From Eledone cirrhosa (taxonomy: Eukaryota), in contig OZ024744.1 in the NCBI GenBank assembly GCA_964016885.1, forward strand, positions 63,612,001 through 63,676,000: DNA of 64,000 bases. Reading direction: 5' to 3'. How positions within the stretch are numbered: the first letter of the stretch is position 1; each line of letters begins with the position of its first letter. Shown here in pieces: positions 1 through 16,719 of the stretch. The position numbers and the translations under genes are program-made. Below the pieces are notes generated by a model. The model worked only from the letters and a program-made list of their open reading frames with translations. It was not told the DNA's origin and ran no database searches.

Positions 1-10
1 TATATATATG

Positions 11-109
<99 letters not shown>

Positions 110-132
110 GTATATATGTATATATATATATG

Positions 133-163
<31 letters not shown>

Positions 164-164
164 G

Positions 165-231
<67 letters not shown>

Positions 232-242
232 GTATATATATG

Positions 243-310
<68 letters not shown>

Positions 311-320
311 TATGTATGTA
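1..320. repeat. (TA)n microsatellite with TG interruptions
   Basis: Directly visible; source of spurious YIYI ORFs. Confidence 0.99.
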
Positions 321-505
321 GATAAATCTACCAAGAGTTTACGGTAGTGTCCAATCCGTATGAAGAACTCAATGTATTCCGGATATCATGGAAAGAAGAG
401 ATGTAATGAAAATCCACTTTCGGTGAAAGATAAACGGTATACAGAGTCAAGATAAAATATTAAACAAATAATGAATAAACAATTCCTTATATTAAACAAA
501 AAAAG

Positions 506-660
506 TTCATTATTTAACGATCGTTTCTAGGGTATATATGTGTTATAATTGGTATGCATATTCAACAGATCTATGTACAAAATTATACAAAATTATACAA
601 ATTATCAAGATTAAATATACATACCTAACACATATATACGCCGTCTTCAGAAATAATGAA
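506..660 (-). ncRNA. Type I hammerhead ribozyme, long stem II (family A)
   Basis: Reverse complement of 4229-4383. Confidence 0.75.
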
Positions 661-1479
661 GTATATTTATTGATAATAACAACAATTCAAAATATCAGTT
701 CAAAATTGACCAATGAAAACACAAAGGGTTAAAAGCAGTTCGGTGTGTGTATATACATGTAAAATCCTTACACATATTTTACAATAATGTGTGTATAATT
801 TGTATGCGCATACTAAAAAGATGGATGCAAACACAAAATTTCAAGGTTAATATCTCTGTAAGCTTAATGCGCTGATAAGATGCGCATTGATACTTATGGA
901 GTCAAGCATATAAATATATTTTTTCATACTCACACATATCAGTATAATCACACATACATGCGCGTATATGCATAAATATACACATAACCACGAACATACA
1001 AACACACACACTCCCCCACTCACATTTATATATGTGGATATAAAATCATAAGCACATAGAAATTAAGTCACTCACATAAAACACTGGCACACACATTTCA
1101 AGATCAAGATACAGAAATTAGGTGGGAGGGGGGGGAGGGGTCAGTATTCAATTGTCTGAGCAGACTGCCTAATATAAATGTATCTATAAATTAAGAAAAA
1201 TAAAAAAATAAAAACAATAAAATATAATAAATATATTATAATGTACATACACATACAGATATATATACACATACATACATGTACGCGCACATAGAGATAT
1301 TTACGCATACACACATACACACATACATATACAGTCATACACACACATACACTTACACGAACATACACATACACATATAAAAAGATATATATATACACAC
1401 ACACACGCGCAACACATACACACATACACATATATATAAAAAATAGATAATAAAGATATATATCCATATATATATATAT

Positions 1480-1532
<53 letters not shown>

Positions 1533-1617
1533 TATACATATACATACACATACATCTAAATATACATACACATACACACATACATGTACATACATGTACA
1601 TACATATACGCACATCG

Positions 1618-1667
<50 letters not shown>

Positions 1668-2058
1668 TCACATAGACATAAAGATACATACACACACAAC
1701 TTACATACACACGTATATATATATATATATATATATAGATGTACCTTCATACATAGAATTAGATATATAATCATACATACATATGCACCTACTTATACTC
1801 ATATAAATAAATACATACGCTTCCATATATGTGTATATACATAAAAAACAATACAACCTCACCAAACTCAGACATACAAATGAAAATAATAATAAAAAGG
1901 CATATGTATATATATACACACACGCATTAATAGAGATATATATATATACACACATACATACACATATATATATACATACACACACCCATATATACACATA
2001 CTTATACATATATACATATATATACATATATATATATATACACACACATATAGACTCA

Positions 2059-2090
<32 letters not shown>

Positions 2091-2525
2091 AACATATATA
2101 TCCACACACTCATACCACCATAAATACACATACAAACACCCACATGTATATATATATATATATCTATATACACACACGTATACACATATATATATATATA
2201 CATACATATATATATATACACACACATAAAAAACAGACATGCACATATATATATATATATATATTTCATTACTCTTATATATACACATATTATATATACA
2301 TACACAACCTCACTTATACACATATACACATAAGTTATATTACAATAATAATAAAGAATAATATACATATATATATATACATATACATATATATATATAT
2401 ATATATATACATACATACATACACATACATACATACACATAAATATATACATACATAAATACACACATACGAATAAAGACATATATTCACACATAGACAC
2501 CTATATATATATATATATATATATC

Positions 2526-2572
<47 letters not shown>

Positions 2573-3721
2573 ACACACACATACACACACAGACACACAT
2601 ACACACTCACATATATATATATATATATGTGTATGTGAGTGTGCGCACATACACATATATACACACACACATACAAACACACACAAACACATACATATGC
2701 ATACGTGCACACACACACACATATATCACATAGATACGAAGATAAACATATAAATAGAGAGACATACATATATATACACAACACACATACACATACATAC
2801 ATACACGCATATACATATACATACATATATACACACATATATATTCCTATATATACAAGCATACACATACATACACATATATACACATACATACACATAT
2901 ACATACAACACATTCACATACACATACATATATAATACATATATATACACACATATATATACATACATATGTATGTACAATCATATATACACACACAATC
3001 TTACATTCATATTTGCATGCTCATATATGTATTTTTATATATTTAGATATAAATACCCAAACCTATATAGACACCTACCTACATATATATTCATACATAG
3101 ACGCTTACAAATACAGATGATAATAGTATGGGGGAAAGGGGGGGTTTGGAGAAGGGGATCAAAGTAAATATATGTTTCAAGAAACATATAATATTTTCCG
3201 TATCTTAATTCAATGTATGTTCTTACATATTTTCAGTGCTAGGAAATACGAAATCTATGCATCTCAAAATAAATAAGTATACCATTAATCATATGTTAAC
3301 TAAACCAAAGATAGTCAACATATTGATTTCTAAGGTGTAAATTAGTTAGGTTTATAATATTTGAAGCAGAATTTTGAAGTCAAACAGTAGTAGATTATTA
3401 ATTACATTATAACTAAATTAAAGTTAATAACGTTATGGTATCAATATTAGGAGATGAATTTAGTAATAGGGAAAAGAAACCCAAATAAAAATAAAATAAA
3501 GTATTACATCGGTAGTAGCATATAAATTATATGTTAACTAAATTAAAAATTATATATTTATTTCAATAGTATACGTTAATTAGTATATGTTAATTAGGTA
3601 TACAATACATAAAGCAGATATTGTATTTCATCAATAGCATAATATAATTATATGCAAATAGAAATCAAAATTAATACGCATACATATACATATACATACA
3701 CATACACATATACATACATAT

Positions 3722-3760
<39 letters not shown>

Positions 3761-4228
3761 TACATATATACACACATATACATACATACAGATACACATA
3801 CACAACACACACATATACATATACATATACATATACATATCTTATTCAAAAAATTGCACAGAATATATTAACTAGGTATATATCCAAAACACATCCCATT
3901 CTATGATTACATGACATTCTGCAATTCGTCTGTATAAGGATACTAATTTTAAGCAAATTAAAATTAAAGTTTTAGGTTGATTAAAACTAAAACCAAATAA
4001 TAAATATATTTCCAAAATGTATATTAATTAGGTCTATAATACTAAAAATTCTTTCTCCGTCATTGGATACATGATATTATTTTGTTATATTTTATCTGTA
4101 AAAGAATTATAATAAAAGGTTTAAATAAATTAAAATTAACACACACCGAACTGCTTTTAACCCTTTGTGTTTTCATTGGTCAATTTTGAACTGATATTTT
4201 GAATTGTTGTTATTATCAATAAATATAC

Positions 4229-4383
4229 TTCATTATTTCTGAAGACGGCGTATATATGTGTTAGGTATGTATATTTAATCTTGATAATTTGTATAATTTT
4301 GTATAATTTTGTACATAGATCTGTTGAATATGCATACCAATTATAACACATATATACCCTAGAAACGATCGTTAAATAATGAA
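4229..4383 (+). ncRNA. Type I hammerhead ribozyme, long stem II (family A)
   Basis: TTCATTATTT-CTGAAGA-[~116 nt hairpin with GTATATATGTGTTA/TAACACATATATAC]-GAAAC-GATC-GTT-AAATAATGAA; 10-bp stem I, palindromic stem III. Confidence 0.75.
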
Positions 4384-4434
4384 CTTTTTTTGTTTAATAT
4401 AAGGAATTGTTTATTCATTATTTGTTTAATATTT

Positions 4435-6854
<2,420 letters not shown>

Positions 6855-7156
6855 CAGGGTTGTCAAGGAAGAAGGCCCTCCATCTAATACGTCTGATGAG
6901 GGTTTTAGGTATAGTTTCCTTGGAGGGATAGGGATGTTCTTCAAGGAGACATCAAGATCGAGTTTGGTCAGCATGGTTTCTTGATGATGGTTATAAGGGG
7001 CACAGAGAGTGCTATAATGTACGTTATTCCGGGTTGAATCGGAGGTAACCACAGTAAGTAAGGTACTCAATACATAGCAGAGTATAAAAGTTTTAATATA
7101 GATGAGATTCTACAGGACTAGAACTGTTTCATTCTTTAGAAATCATCAGGAATCAT
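6855..7156 (-). mobile_element. 5' fragment of a Penelope-like element (pLTR plus ORF start)
   Basis: Encodes [22 protein letters not shown], like MERHQLDMSLKNIPIQ at the start of the PLE ORF at 19789; preceded by an HHR. Confidence 0.75.
7106..7154 (-). ncRNA. Type I hammerhead ribozyme (family B)
   Basis: Minus strand GATTC-CTGATGA-tTTCtaaaGAAt-GAAACAG-ttctagtc-CTGTA-GAATC. Confidence 0.8.
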
Positions 7157-7233
7157 ATACATATGTATATATATATATGTATGTATATATATGTATATAT
7201 GTATATATATATATATGTATGTATATATATATG

Positions 7234-7304
<71 letters not shown>

Positions 7305-7389
7305 GTATATATATGTATATATATATATGTATGTATGTATATATATATGTATGTATAAATATATATGTGTATGTATATATATATGTATG

Positions 7390-7422
<33 letters not shown>

Positions 7423-7449
7423 GTATGTATATATATATATGTATATATG

Positions 7450-7480
<31 letters not shown>

Positions 7481-7747
7481 ATATGTATGTATATATGTAT
7501 GTATATATATATGTATATATATATGTATGTATATATATATATATGTATGTATATATATATGTATGTATATATATATGTATATATATATGTATGTATATAT
7601 ATATATATGTATGTATATATATATGTATGTATATATATATGTATATATATATGTATGTATATATATATGTATGTATATATATATATATGTATGTATATAT
7701 ATATGTATGTATGTATATATGTATGTATGTATATATATATATGTATG

Positions 7748-7823
<76 letters not shown>

Positions 7824-8310
7824 TATGTATGTATATATATATATATATGTATGTATATATATATATGTATGTATGTATATATATATATATATGTATGTAT
7901 ATATGTATGTATATATATATATGTATGTATGTATGTATATATATATATATATGTATGTATATATGTATGTATATATATATATATATATGTATGTATATAT
8001 ATATATATATGTATGTATATATATATATATATGTATGTATATATATATATATATGTATGTATGTATATATATATGTATGTATATATATATGTATGTATGT
8101 ATATATATATGTATGTATATATATATGTATGTATATATATATGTATGTATATATATATATGTATGTATATATATATGTATGTATATATATATGTATGTAT
8201 GTATATATATATGTATGTTTATATATATATATGTATGTATATATATATATATATGTATGTATATATATAGATATATGTATGTATATATATATATATATGT
8301 ATGTATATAT
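7157..8310. repeat. (TA)n/(TATG)n microsatellite
   Basis: Directly visible. Confidence 0.99.
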
Positions 8311-11300
8311 GTGAAGGAATTTACCTTCTAATACCAGAACAAGAACTCTCCCTCCCACAGTCCACAAAGGTCGTCAAATCCTACCCAAACCATCATCTAC
8401 ACCTCTCACAGCACCCACACCCACATACCCACCCACTCGAAACCCCATCATTTGCCGCTACTCTCTACGCTATAGAATATGTACGGATAGTGGCTGCAAA
8501 TTCACCCATTTACCTAGGACAAAACGATCTATCCCCACAAACGGCCACCACCATAATACATACTCTAATTTAACACCAACACAACCACCAATAACTCAAA
8601 CAAGGAATCCACAAATCTGTTGTTTTTCCCTGCGAGACAGATTGTGTTTAGACCGGGATTGTCCCTTTACCCATCTCCCGGGGACCCGTCGGACAAATGA
8701 AAATAAAATTAAAAATAAAAACAAAAACAAAAACCATAACCTACATAAAAATAACCACTACCACAGTCACCAACAGTCTTCTAAACAGGAAACTTCTTCC
8801 TCTTTTTTAGCCATAATGAATCTGGCAAAAGAACTGGAAAAAAACATTCGAGCTATCACCCAGCACCACCCTCCACTATCACCCCACTGCACAAACTCCC
8901 ATTGCTGCCATTAACAAACAAACAAATTAACAACACACCAAAACAATTAAAACCATCCACTCTCGCCTCTACATTTTTGCTTAACGCCCAAGGCATCAGC
9001 CCTTCCACCAATACTCAAAAATGGAAGATCAAATTCCTGGAGGACTGGATTGATGTCCATCCAAACCACATCCCTTTCTTCGTCCTCACTGAAACCCATC
9101 TCAGTAACCTCCACTTGGAAGCCGAGGTGAAAGTGAAAAATTTCAAAGCCATCCGTGCTGATCGCGCTGGCAGAAGAAAGGGCGGAACTGCCATTTATGT
9201 CCATAATTCTTTCTCAACAGAGGCTATGAACATATTCACTAATGAATACTGTGAGGCAGTCACTGTATTCAGTCAAACCAACAACCTATTAGTAGTTGGG
9301 CTCTATAGGCCACCCCAAACGCCTGTACCATGCTTCAAGGAATGCCTCAACAGCATAAAGTGTTTCATCCAAGAGTGTCACCCTGACAACATCTTAATGA
9401 TGGGGGACTTCAACCTCCCCGGAGTTGACTGGTCCACAAACAGCCTGCCACCAGGTTCTTCTGCCTCAACCTCTGACAGGGAAGCTGTGGAATCGCTTCT
9501 TGACTTCATGGATGATTTCTTCCTATCCCAACTGGTGCTCGAACCAACGAGGTGCCACAAAAACGTCCTAGACTTAATTTTCAGCAATCACACTGACAAT
9601 ATCCACAATATTGCAGTGGAGAAAACTCTACTCTCTGATCATGACATGGTTCTCTGTGATCTGAGATTCCACCGTCCAATATACAAACCCAATGTCATCT
9701 CTCCTGTCCATCCGTTTGACGCTATGGATTTCCACAATGCAAACTGGGAAGCGATCAGTCATGATCTTGCACATGTCGACTGGTCCTTCACGCACACTCA
9801 TACACCCACTAACATCAAAAAGTCCTGGCAGACATTTGTGGACACTGTTACAAACATATGTGCTAAACACACCCCATTAAGAAATATAAACAAATCTAAG
9901 AGCAGAATCCCTAGAAATAGAAAAACGCTCATCAGAAAAATTAAGAGAACGAACAAAAAAATCAACAAGCTGAAATACTGTGAGCAGCAACACATCAACT
10001 TGACTGCCATTTCATCACTAGAGATTAAAAAACATAACCTCCAAAACAACATAATGTCCCTCATCAGGCCTGGGCCATTGAGAAGATCAAACTCAATCCC
10101 AAAGTGTTCTTTTCATTTGCAAAAAAACACAAAATCACTGGCTCTACTGTTGGCCCTCTAATTGATGAAAATGGCACTCTTCAAGACAATGCTAAAACCA
10201 TGGGTGAGATACTGCAGAAACAATACTGCTCTGTTTTCAGCAATCCTGATATGGCCGATCTGGGCTGTATCGGCGATGTTGCTCCCCATTACACCTTATC
10301 GGACATAACGTTTGGCGCCCCTGATGTCTTGGCGGCAATAAAGGAAATCAAGCATAATTCAGCAGTAGGTCCCGATAGGTTCCCTGCTTGTGTCTTGAAG
10401 GCGTGTCAACACCAACTTGCATCTCCTCTTGCCAATCTGTGGCGGAACTCACTGGATGCTGGATATGTGCCAGAAAACCTTCTATCCCAGCCTGTTGTCC
10501 CAGTTTTCAAAAAGGGAAACAAATCCCTTGCCGTGAATTACCGTCCAATCTCACTCACCTCTCATATCATTAAGGTATTTGAGTGAGTGGTGAGATCGCG
10601 AATGACCCACTTCCTTGAGAGTAACAATATGCTGAACTCCAACCAGCATGGATTCCGTAATGGAAGGGATTGCCTGACGCAGCTACTGCATCACTTTGAT
10701 GACATTTTGAGAGCCTTGGGAGAGGGTTCCAACACTGATGTTATCTACCTTGATTTCAGCAAGGCCTTTGACAGGGTTGATCATAACATTCTACTGAGAA
10801 AGCTGTCCAATATTGGTGTCACTGGAAAGCTGCTGCAGTGGATCAAGAGCTTCCTGTCAAACAGAACCCAACATGTTGTAGTTGAGGGAGTCAAATCAAG
10901 CCCAGCCAAAGTCAGTAGTGGGGTCCCACAAGGCACTGTGTTGGGCCCACTTCTCTTCATCATCTATATTAATGACATCACTGACATCATCAAACACAGC
11001 AACATTAAAATTTTCGCTGATGATTCCAAGCTCCAAAAGGTCATCAATGGCGTGGATGACCGGATAAGCCTTCAGTCAGACCTACTGGCTGTTACCCAAT
11101 GGGCAGAAAAGAACAACATGTTACTGAACGAAGACAAATTCGAACTGATCCACTTTGGAAAAGAGGATGCTCTGAAACTCCCGTACTCCCTTCCCTCCGG
11201 GGAAACTCTCGTAGCATCTAACAACATCAGAGACTTGGGAGTAACCGTGGACAGTAACATAAGCTGGACCACGCATATAAGCAGCAAAGTTGACATGGCC

Positions 11301-11985
11301 CGCAGAATGTGTTCCTGGATCCTCAGAACCTTCCAGTCGAGAGATTCCCGCACCATTATCCTTCTCTTCTCTACTTTCGCCCGACCACACCTTGAATACT
11401 GTTGTCCACTGTGGTCTCCCCACACGAAACAAAGTATCATGAAACTTGAAGCTCCTCAAAGGGCAATCACGAAAAAGATAGATGGCATGTCAGACCTTGA
11501 CTACTGGGGTCGATTAGAAAACCTGAAACTTTACTCACTCCAACGTCGCCGTGAGCGTTATATTATCTGCATGATGTGGAAAATGTTCCATCATCACTGC
11601 CCAAATGATGTTGGCATCGCCTTCAAGATACACCCAAGGCTTGGGCCCCGTGCTATCCGTCCCATTCAAAAATCTAAATCGCAACTTATAACAACAATAC
11701 GGCACAATTATTTCACCTCAATCGGCCCTGCTCTCTTCAACATCACACCAGGACACGTCAAAACAGAAACTGACCACACAAAATTCAAGAAGTCTTTGGA
11801 CAAATTCCTCCAAGTAATCCTGGACAAACCACCCACACCCGGATATGTCTCCGCAAACAGTAATTCTCTTCTCGAATGGGCCATGGTGCCCAAATCCTGA
11901 ATTGAAAGACTTCGCCAGGTGGTGCTATTAAGTTAGACATGGCCTGGGCCAATACTGGCCAAAACATTTCAAAGTTCAAAGTTAT
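8311..11985 (+). mobile_element. CR1/L2-group LINE, 5'-truncated and disrupted
   Basis: ORF1 remnant with two CCCH fingers; ORF2 APE endonuclease (LTETHL, GDFNLP, SDH) and RT (YLDFSKAFD, GVPQG, FADD); 3' stem-loop and short-repeat tail. Confidence 0.92.
8902..11900 (+). pseudogene. LINE ORF2 (endonuclease + reverse transcriptase), frameshift near 10070-10100 and in-frame TGA at 10584-10586
   Basis: ORFs 8902-10161, 10104-10586 and 10587-11900 are collinear parts of one EN-RT protein. Confidence 0.92.
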
Positions 11986-11988
11986 ATG

Positions 11989-12035
<47 letters not shown>

Positions 12036-12081
12036 GTATATATATATGTATGTATGTGTATATATATATGTATGTATGTGT

Positions 12082-12117
<36 letters not shown>

Positions 12118-12133
12118 GTATGTATGTATGTGT

Positions 12134-12169
<36 letters not shown>

Positions 12170-12256
12170 GTATGTATGTGTATATATATATATGTATGTG
12201 TATATATGTATGTATGTATGTATATGTATGTATGTATGTATATATATATATGTATG

Positions 12257-12291
<35 letters not shown>

Positions 12292-12370
12292 GTATATATA
12301 TATATGTATGTATGTATGTGTATATATATATATGTATGTATGTATGTGTATGTATATATATGTATGTATG

Positions 12371-12464
<94 letters not shown>

Positions 12465-12669
12465 TATGTATGTATATATATGTATATATGTATGTATATA
12501 TATGTATATATGTATGTATATATATATGTATATATATATGTATATATGTATGTATATATATGTATATATGTATGTATATATATGTATATATATATGTATA
12601 TATGTATGTATATATATGTATATATGTATGTATGTATGTATATATATGTATATATGTATGTATATATGT

Positions 12670-12710
<41 letters not shown>

Positions 12711-12715
12711 TATGT

Positions 12716-12756
<41 letters not shown>

Positions 12757-13045
12757 TATGTATGTATATATATATATGTATGTATATATATATAAGTATG
12801 TATATATATATGTATGTATATATATATATATGTATGTATATATATATAAGTATGTATATATATATGTATGAATATATATATGTATGTATATATATATGTA
12901 TGTATATATGTATGTATATATGTATGTATGTATGTATATATGTATGTATGTATATATGTATGTATGTATATATATATGTATGTATGTATATATGTATGTA
13001 TGTATGTATGTATATATATATATATATGTATGTATATATATATGT
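11986..13045. repeat. (TATG)n/(TA)n microsatellite
   Basis: Directly visible. Confidence 0.99.
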
Positions 13046-13392
13046 ACGTGGGAAAGTGAAAAATCGGAGAATAGACCGTTAAAACATGTTTATTTAAAAT
13101 ATCACCTACGTACGTTTCGCCCAGTTGGGCTTCTCAACTTGAGAAGCCCAACTGGGCGAAACGTACATAGGTGATATTTTCAATAAACATGTTTTAACGG
13201 TCTATTCTCCGATTTTTCAATTTCCCACGTGTTTCGCTCTGCTAACTCTCTAGCCCACTAAATATTAACACTTCGAATATTTAATACTGCCGGCACTAGT
13301 ATCGAGCACCTTTGGCATACGCTACTTGGCAAATAACTATATGTATCACCTATCCCTCCTTTTTTTCTCTCTTTCTCGATACGTAAATACTA
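13046..13392 (+). mobile_element. PLE pLTR fragment with 5' inversion (92-bp-arm palindrome centred at 13138), HHR family C
   Basis: 13139-13392 nearly identical to 39295-39550 (pLTR after a GIY-YIG ORF); 13046-13137 is its inverted copy. Confidence 0.85.
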
Positions 13393-13978
13393 TATATATA
13401 TGTATATATATATATGTATATATATATATGTATTTATATATGTATGTATATATATATGTATGTATATATATATGTGTATATATATATGTATGTATATATA
13501 TATGTATATATATATATAAGTATATATATATATATGTATTTATGTATATATATATATATATGTATATGTATTTATGTATATATATATATATATGTATATG
13601 TATATATATGTATATATGTATATGTATATATGTATATGTATATATATATGTATATGGATATATGTGTATATATATATGTATATGTATATATGTATATGTA
13701 TATATGTATATGTATATATATATGTATATGTATATATGTGTATATGTGTATATGTATATATATATATGTATATATGTATATATATACATATACATATATT
13801 ATTGGCAACATGACCCTCCCAAAGTATAACAATATATATATATATATATGTATTTATATATATGTATGTATATATATATATGTATATGTGTATATGTATA
13901 TGTATATATATATATATGTATATATGTATATATATATATATGTATGTATATATATGTATATATATATATATATATGTA

Positions 13979-15250
13979 TATCATCATCATCATCATCATC
14001 AACGTTTAACGTCCGTGTTCCACGCTTGCATGGGTTTGGACTGGGGTAGTCCCACTTGAGGCAAGGGTGATTGTCTTGCTCGCATAGGACTGTCTGGCAG
14101 GTTTTCTACAGTTGGATGCCCTTCCTAACACCAACCACATATACAGTGTGGGTCTGGGAGGTTTTTACCGTGTTGCCTACACGGCCACATTACAGCGTGG
14201 ACTGTGTGTTTTTTTGTCGTGACACCTACACGATCTCATTTGTTTTGGCCTGGATGGTGTGGTACCAACATAACTTTACATAGAACGGGGTGGTGTGGAT
14301 GGGGTGGGTGTTGTGGTGGTGGTGGTGGGGGGGGGGGTATTTTGTTAGAGATGCCTACTGGCTGTAGTATGTTTTACTATGTATTTAGGTAAGGCGAGTC
14401 TTTGTTACTGAGTACCGCCAAAGGTCTCGGTCCAATGACATTGTCTTGGAGAGGTGTAAGTGTGTGAGGTCGGAGTTTATCAGCTCGTCCCAGGTTTTTC
14501 TAGGTCTGCCTATTCCGTGGCTACCGTCTATCTTTATTGCCCTGCACTTTGTTATACAGCTATCGACTTTCATGTGCATCACGTGTCCATACCAACGTAG
14601 CCTTCTCTCGAGTAAACAACATCTGATCCCTCTTATTTATAATTTTTTCCTTAGTTCGTTTATGCTTTGCCGTTCACGTATATAACTTTTACACATCCAG
14701 CGGAGCATGCAAGCTCCGTTCCTCTCTAGTCTGCGTATATCCTCTGCACACAATGCCCAGGTCTCACTGCCATGCAACATTGCTGTTCGTATGCAGGCAT
14801 CGTACAACCTGCTTTTCATTTTTAGGGAGAACCCTTTAGCAGCTAATAGTGGTATAAGCTCTCTGAACTTTTTCCAACCAGTTCTGACTCTAGCTACTGT
14901 ACTTTCAGAGCACCCTCCCCCACTGCTGATTTTATCACCCAGGTAACGGAAACTGTCCACTATTTCTATAGAACCCTCTGCGCAATTGAAAGAGCTAGTA
15001 TTCTGTGGGCACTTGCTGCTACTTATTGCACCAGAGCACCGGCCACATGTAAAATCTATGTTCTTAGTTAGCTTACCTGTGATCCCACTACATCTTTTAT
15101 GCACCCAAACTTTGCATTTAGGACATAAAATGGAGTTTCTACCTACGCCTTTTCTACACACCGAGCACGACCATTTCCCAGAAGGGACCGCCGCCTTATT
15201 TTCTTTCCTACAAACTAGAACTTTAGTCTTAGCCAGGTTAATTTTAAGAT
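13979..15250 (-). mobile_element. RTE-clade LINE 3' fragment (subfamily B) with (GAT)n tail
   Basis: INLAKTKVL...[15 protein letters not shown]...HGSETW...RLRWYGHV; nonsense codon near 14637; near-identical to 31729-32770. Confidence 0.92.
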
Positions 15251-15387
15251 ATGTATATATATATATGTATATATATATGTATATATGTATATATATATAT
15301 GTATATATATGTATATATATATGTATATATATATGTATATATATATGTATATGTATATATATGTATATATATGTATATATATATGTA

Positions 15388-15419
<32 letters not shown>

Positions 15420-15545
15420 CATATATATATATACATATATATATATACATATATATATACATACATATATATATATACATATATATATATACATACATAT
15501 ATATATACATATATATATATACATACATATATATATATATGTATG

Positions 15546-15596
<51 letters not shown>

Positions 15597-15891
15597 GTAT
15601 ATATATGTATATATATGTATATATATATGTATATATATGTATATATATATATATATGTATATATATATGTATATATATGTATATATATGTATATATATAT
15701 GTATATATATGTATATATATATGTATATATATGTATATATATATGTATATATATGTATATATATATGTATATATATGTATATATATATGTATATATATGT
15801 ATATATATATATGTATATATGTATATGTATATATGTATATATATATATGTATATATGTATATATATATGTATATATATGTATATATATATG

Positions 15892-15922
<31 letters not shown>

Positions 15923-15989
15923 GTATATATATATATGTATATATGTATATGTATATATGTATGTATGTATATATATGTATGTATGTATG

Positions 15990-16022
<33 letters not shown>

Positions 16023-16043
16023 GTATATATATATATGTATGTA

Positions 16044-16077
<34 letters not shown>

Positions 16078-16083
16078 TATATG
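15251..16083. repeat. (TA)n compound microsatellite
   Basis: Directly visible. Confidence 0.99.
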
Positions 16084-16084
16084 T

Positions 16085-16514
16085 TTTTTCTCTTTCTCTT
16101 AATTTAGAGTATATTTTTTGACCGGCCACCTTCCTGGTGGCAAGGTTGTAAAAGAAAAGAAATTGTCATCCCTTGAATCGCAAGAATGTTTTGCAAATTT
16201 TGAAGGTGCCAGCTATCGCAGCCATTTGTAGACTATGAATTAGGGAGCTGCGCTTTTTGTCCGCAAATCCAAGTTCAGTCATACTTTGGTCCAAGCGGGT
16301 TGGTATATAACCCGTAGCTCCAATAATGATGGGTATGAAGCTAAAGGTGTATCTTGGATACTGGATTTGTAAACTCCTCATCAATGGTCCGTAGATGTCC
16401 TCCTTCTCCTGTATTTTTCTGACAACGTTTACAACAAGTGGGCAGCTGATCTCCACAACAGAACACGTTTTCAATGTGTGGTCCCAAATTACAATATCAG
16501 GCCGGTTGTGCTTA
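16085..16514 (-). mobile_element. 3' fragment of a restriction-like-endonuclease (R2/R4/NeSL-type) non-LTR retrotransposon
   Basis: Minus strand [24 protein letters not shown]...KEDIYGPL...IPIIIGATG: RLE PD-(D/E) motif and conserved tail. Confidence 0.85.
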
Positions 16515-16648
16515 TGTATGTATGTATGTATGTATGTATATATATATGTATGTATGTATACATGTATATATGTATGTATATATATTTATGTATATATATA
16601 TGTATGTATGTGTATGTATGTATGTATGTATGTATGTATGTATGTATG

Positions 16649-16695
<47 letters not shown>

Positions 16696-16719
16696 ATATG
16701 TATATATATATATATATAA

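Noticed and set aside
538-732. Identical 64-aa ORF here and at 4157-4351
   Set aside because: By-product of the inverted repeat; antisense to the ribozyme and not preserved in the 47.9-kb copy
6885-6900. CTGATGAG motif
   Set aside because: Antisense to a PLE ORF fragment, with no GAAA or stems
13800-13835. 35-bp island in TA array matching the reverse complement of 34118-34153
   Set aside because: Real shared fragment but too short to classify; no regular repeat-spacer pattern, so not CRISPR-like
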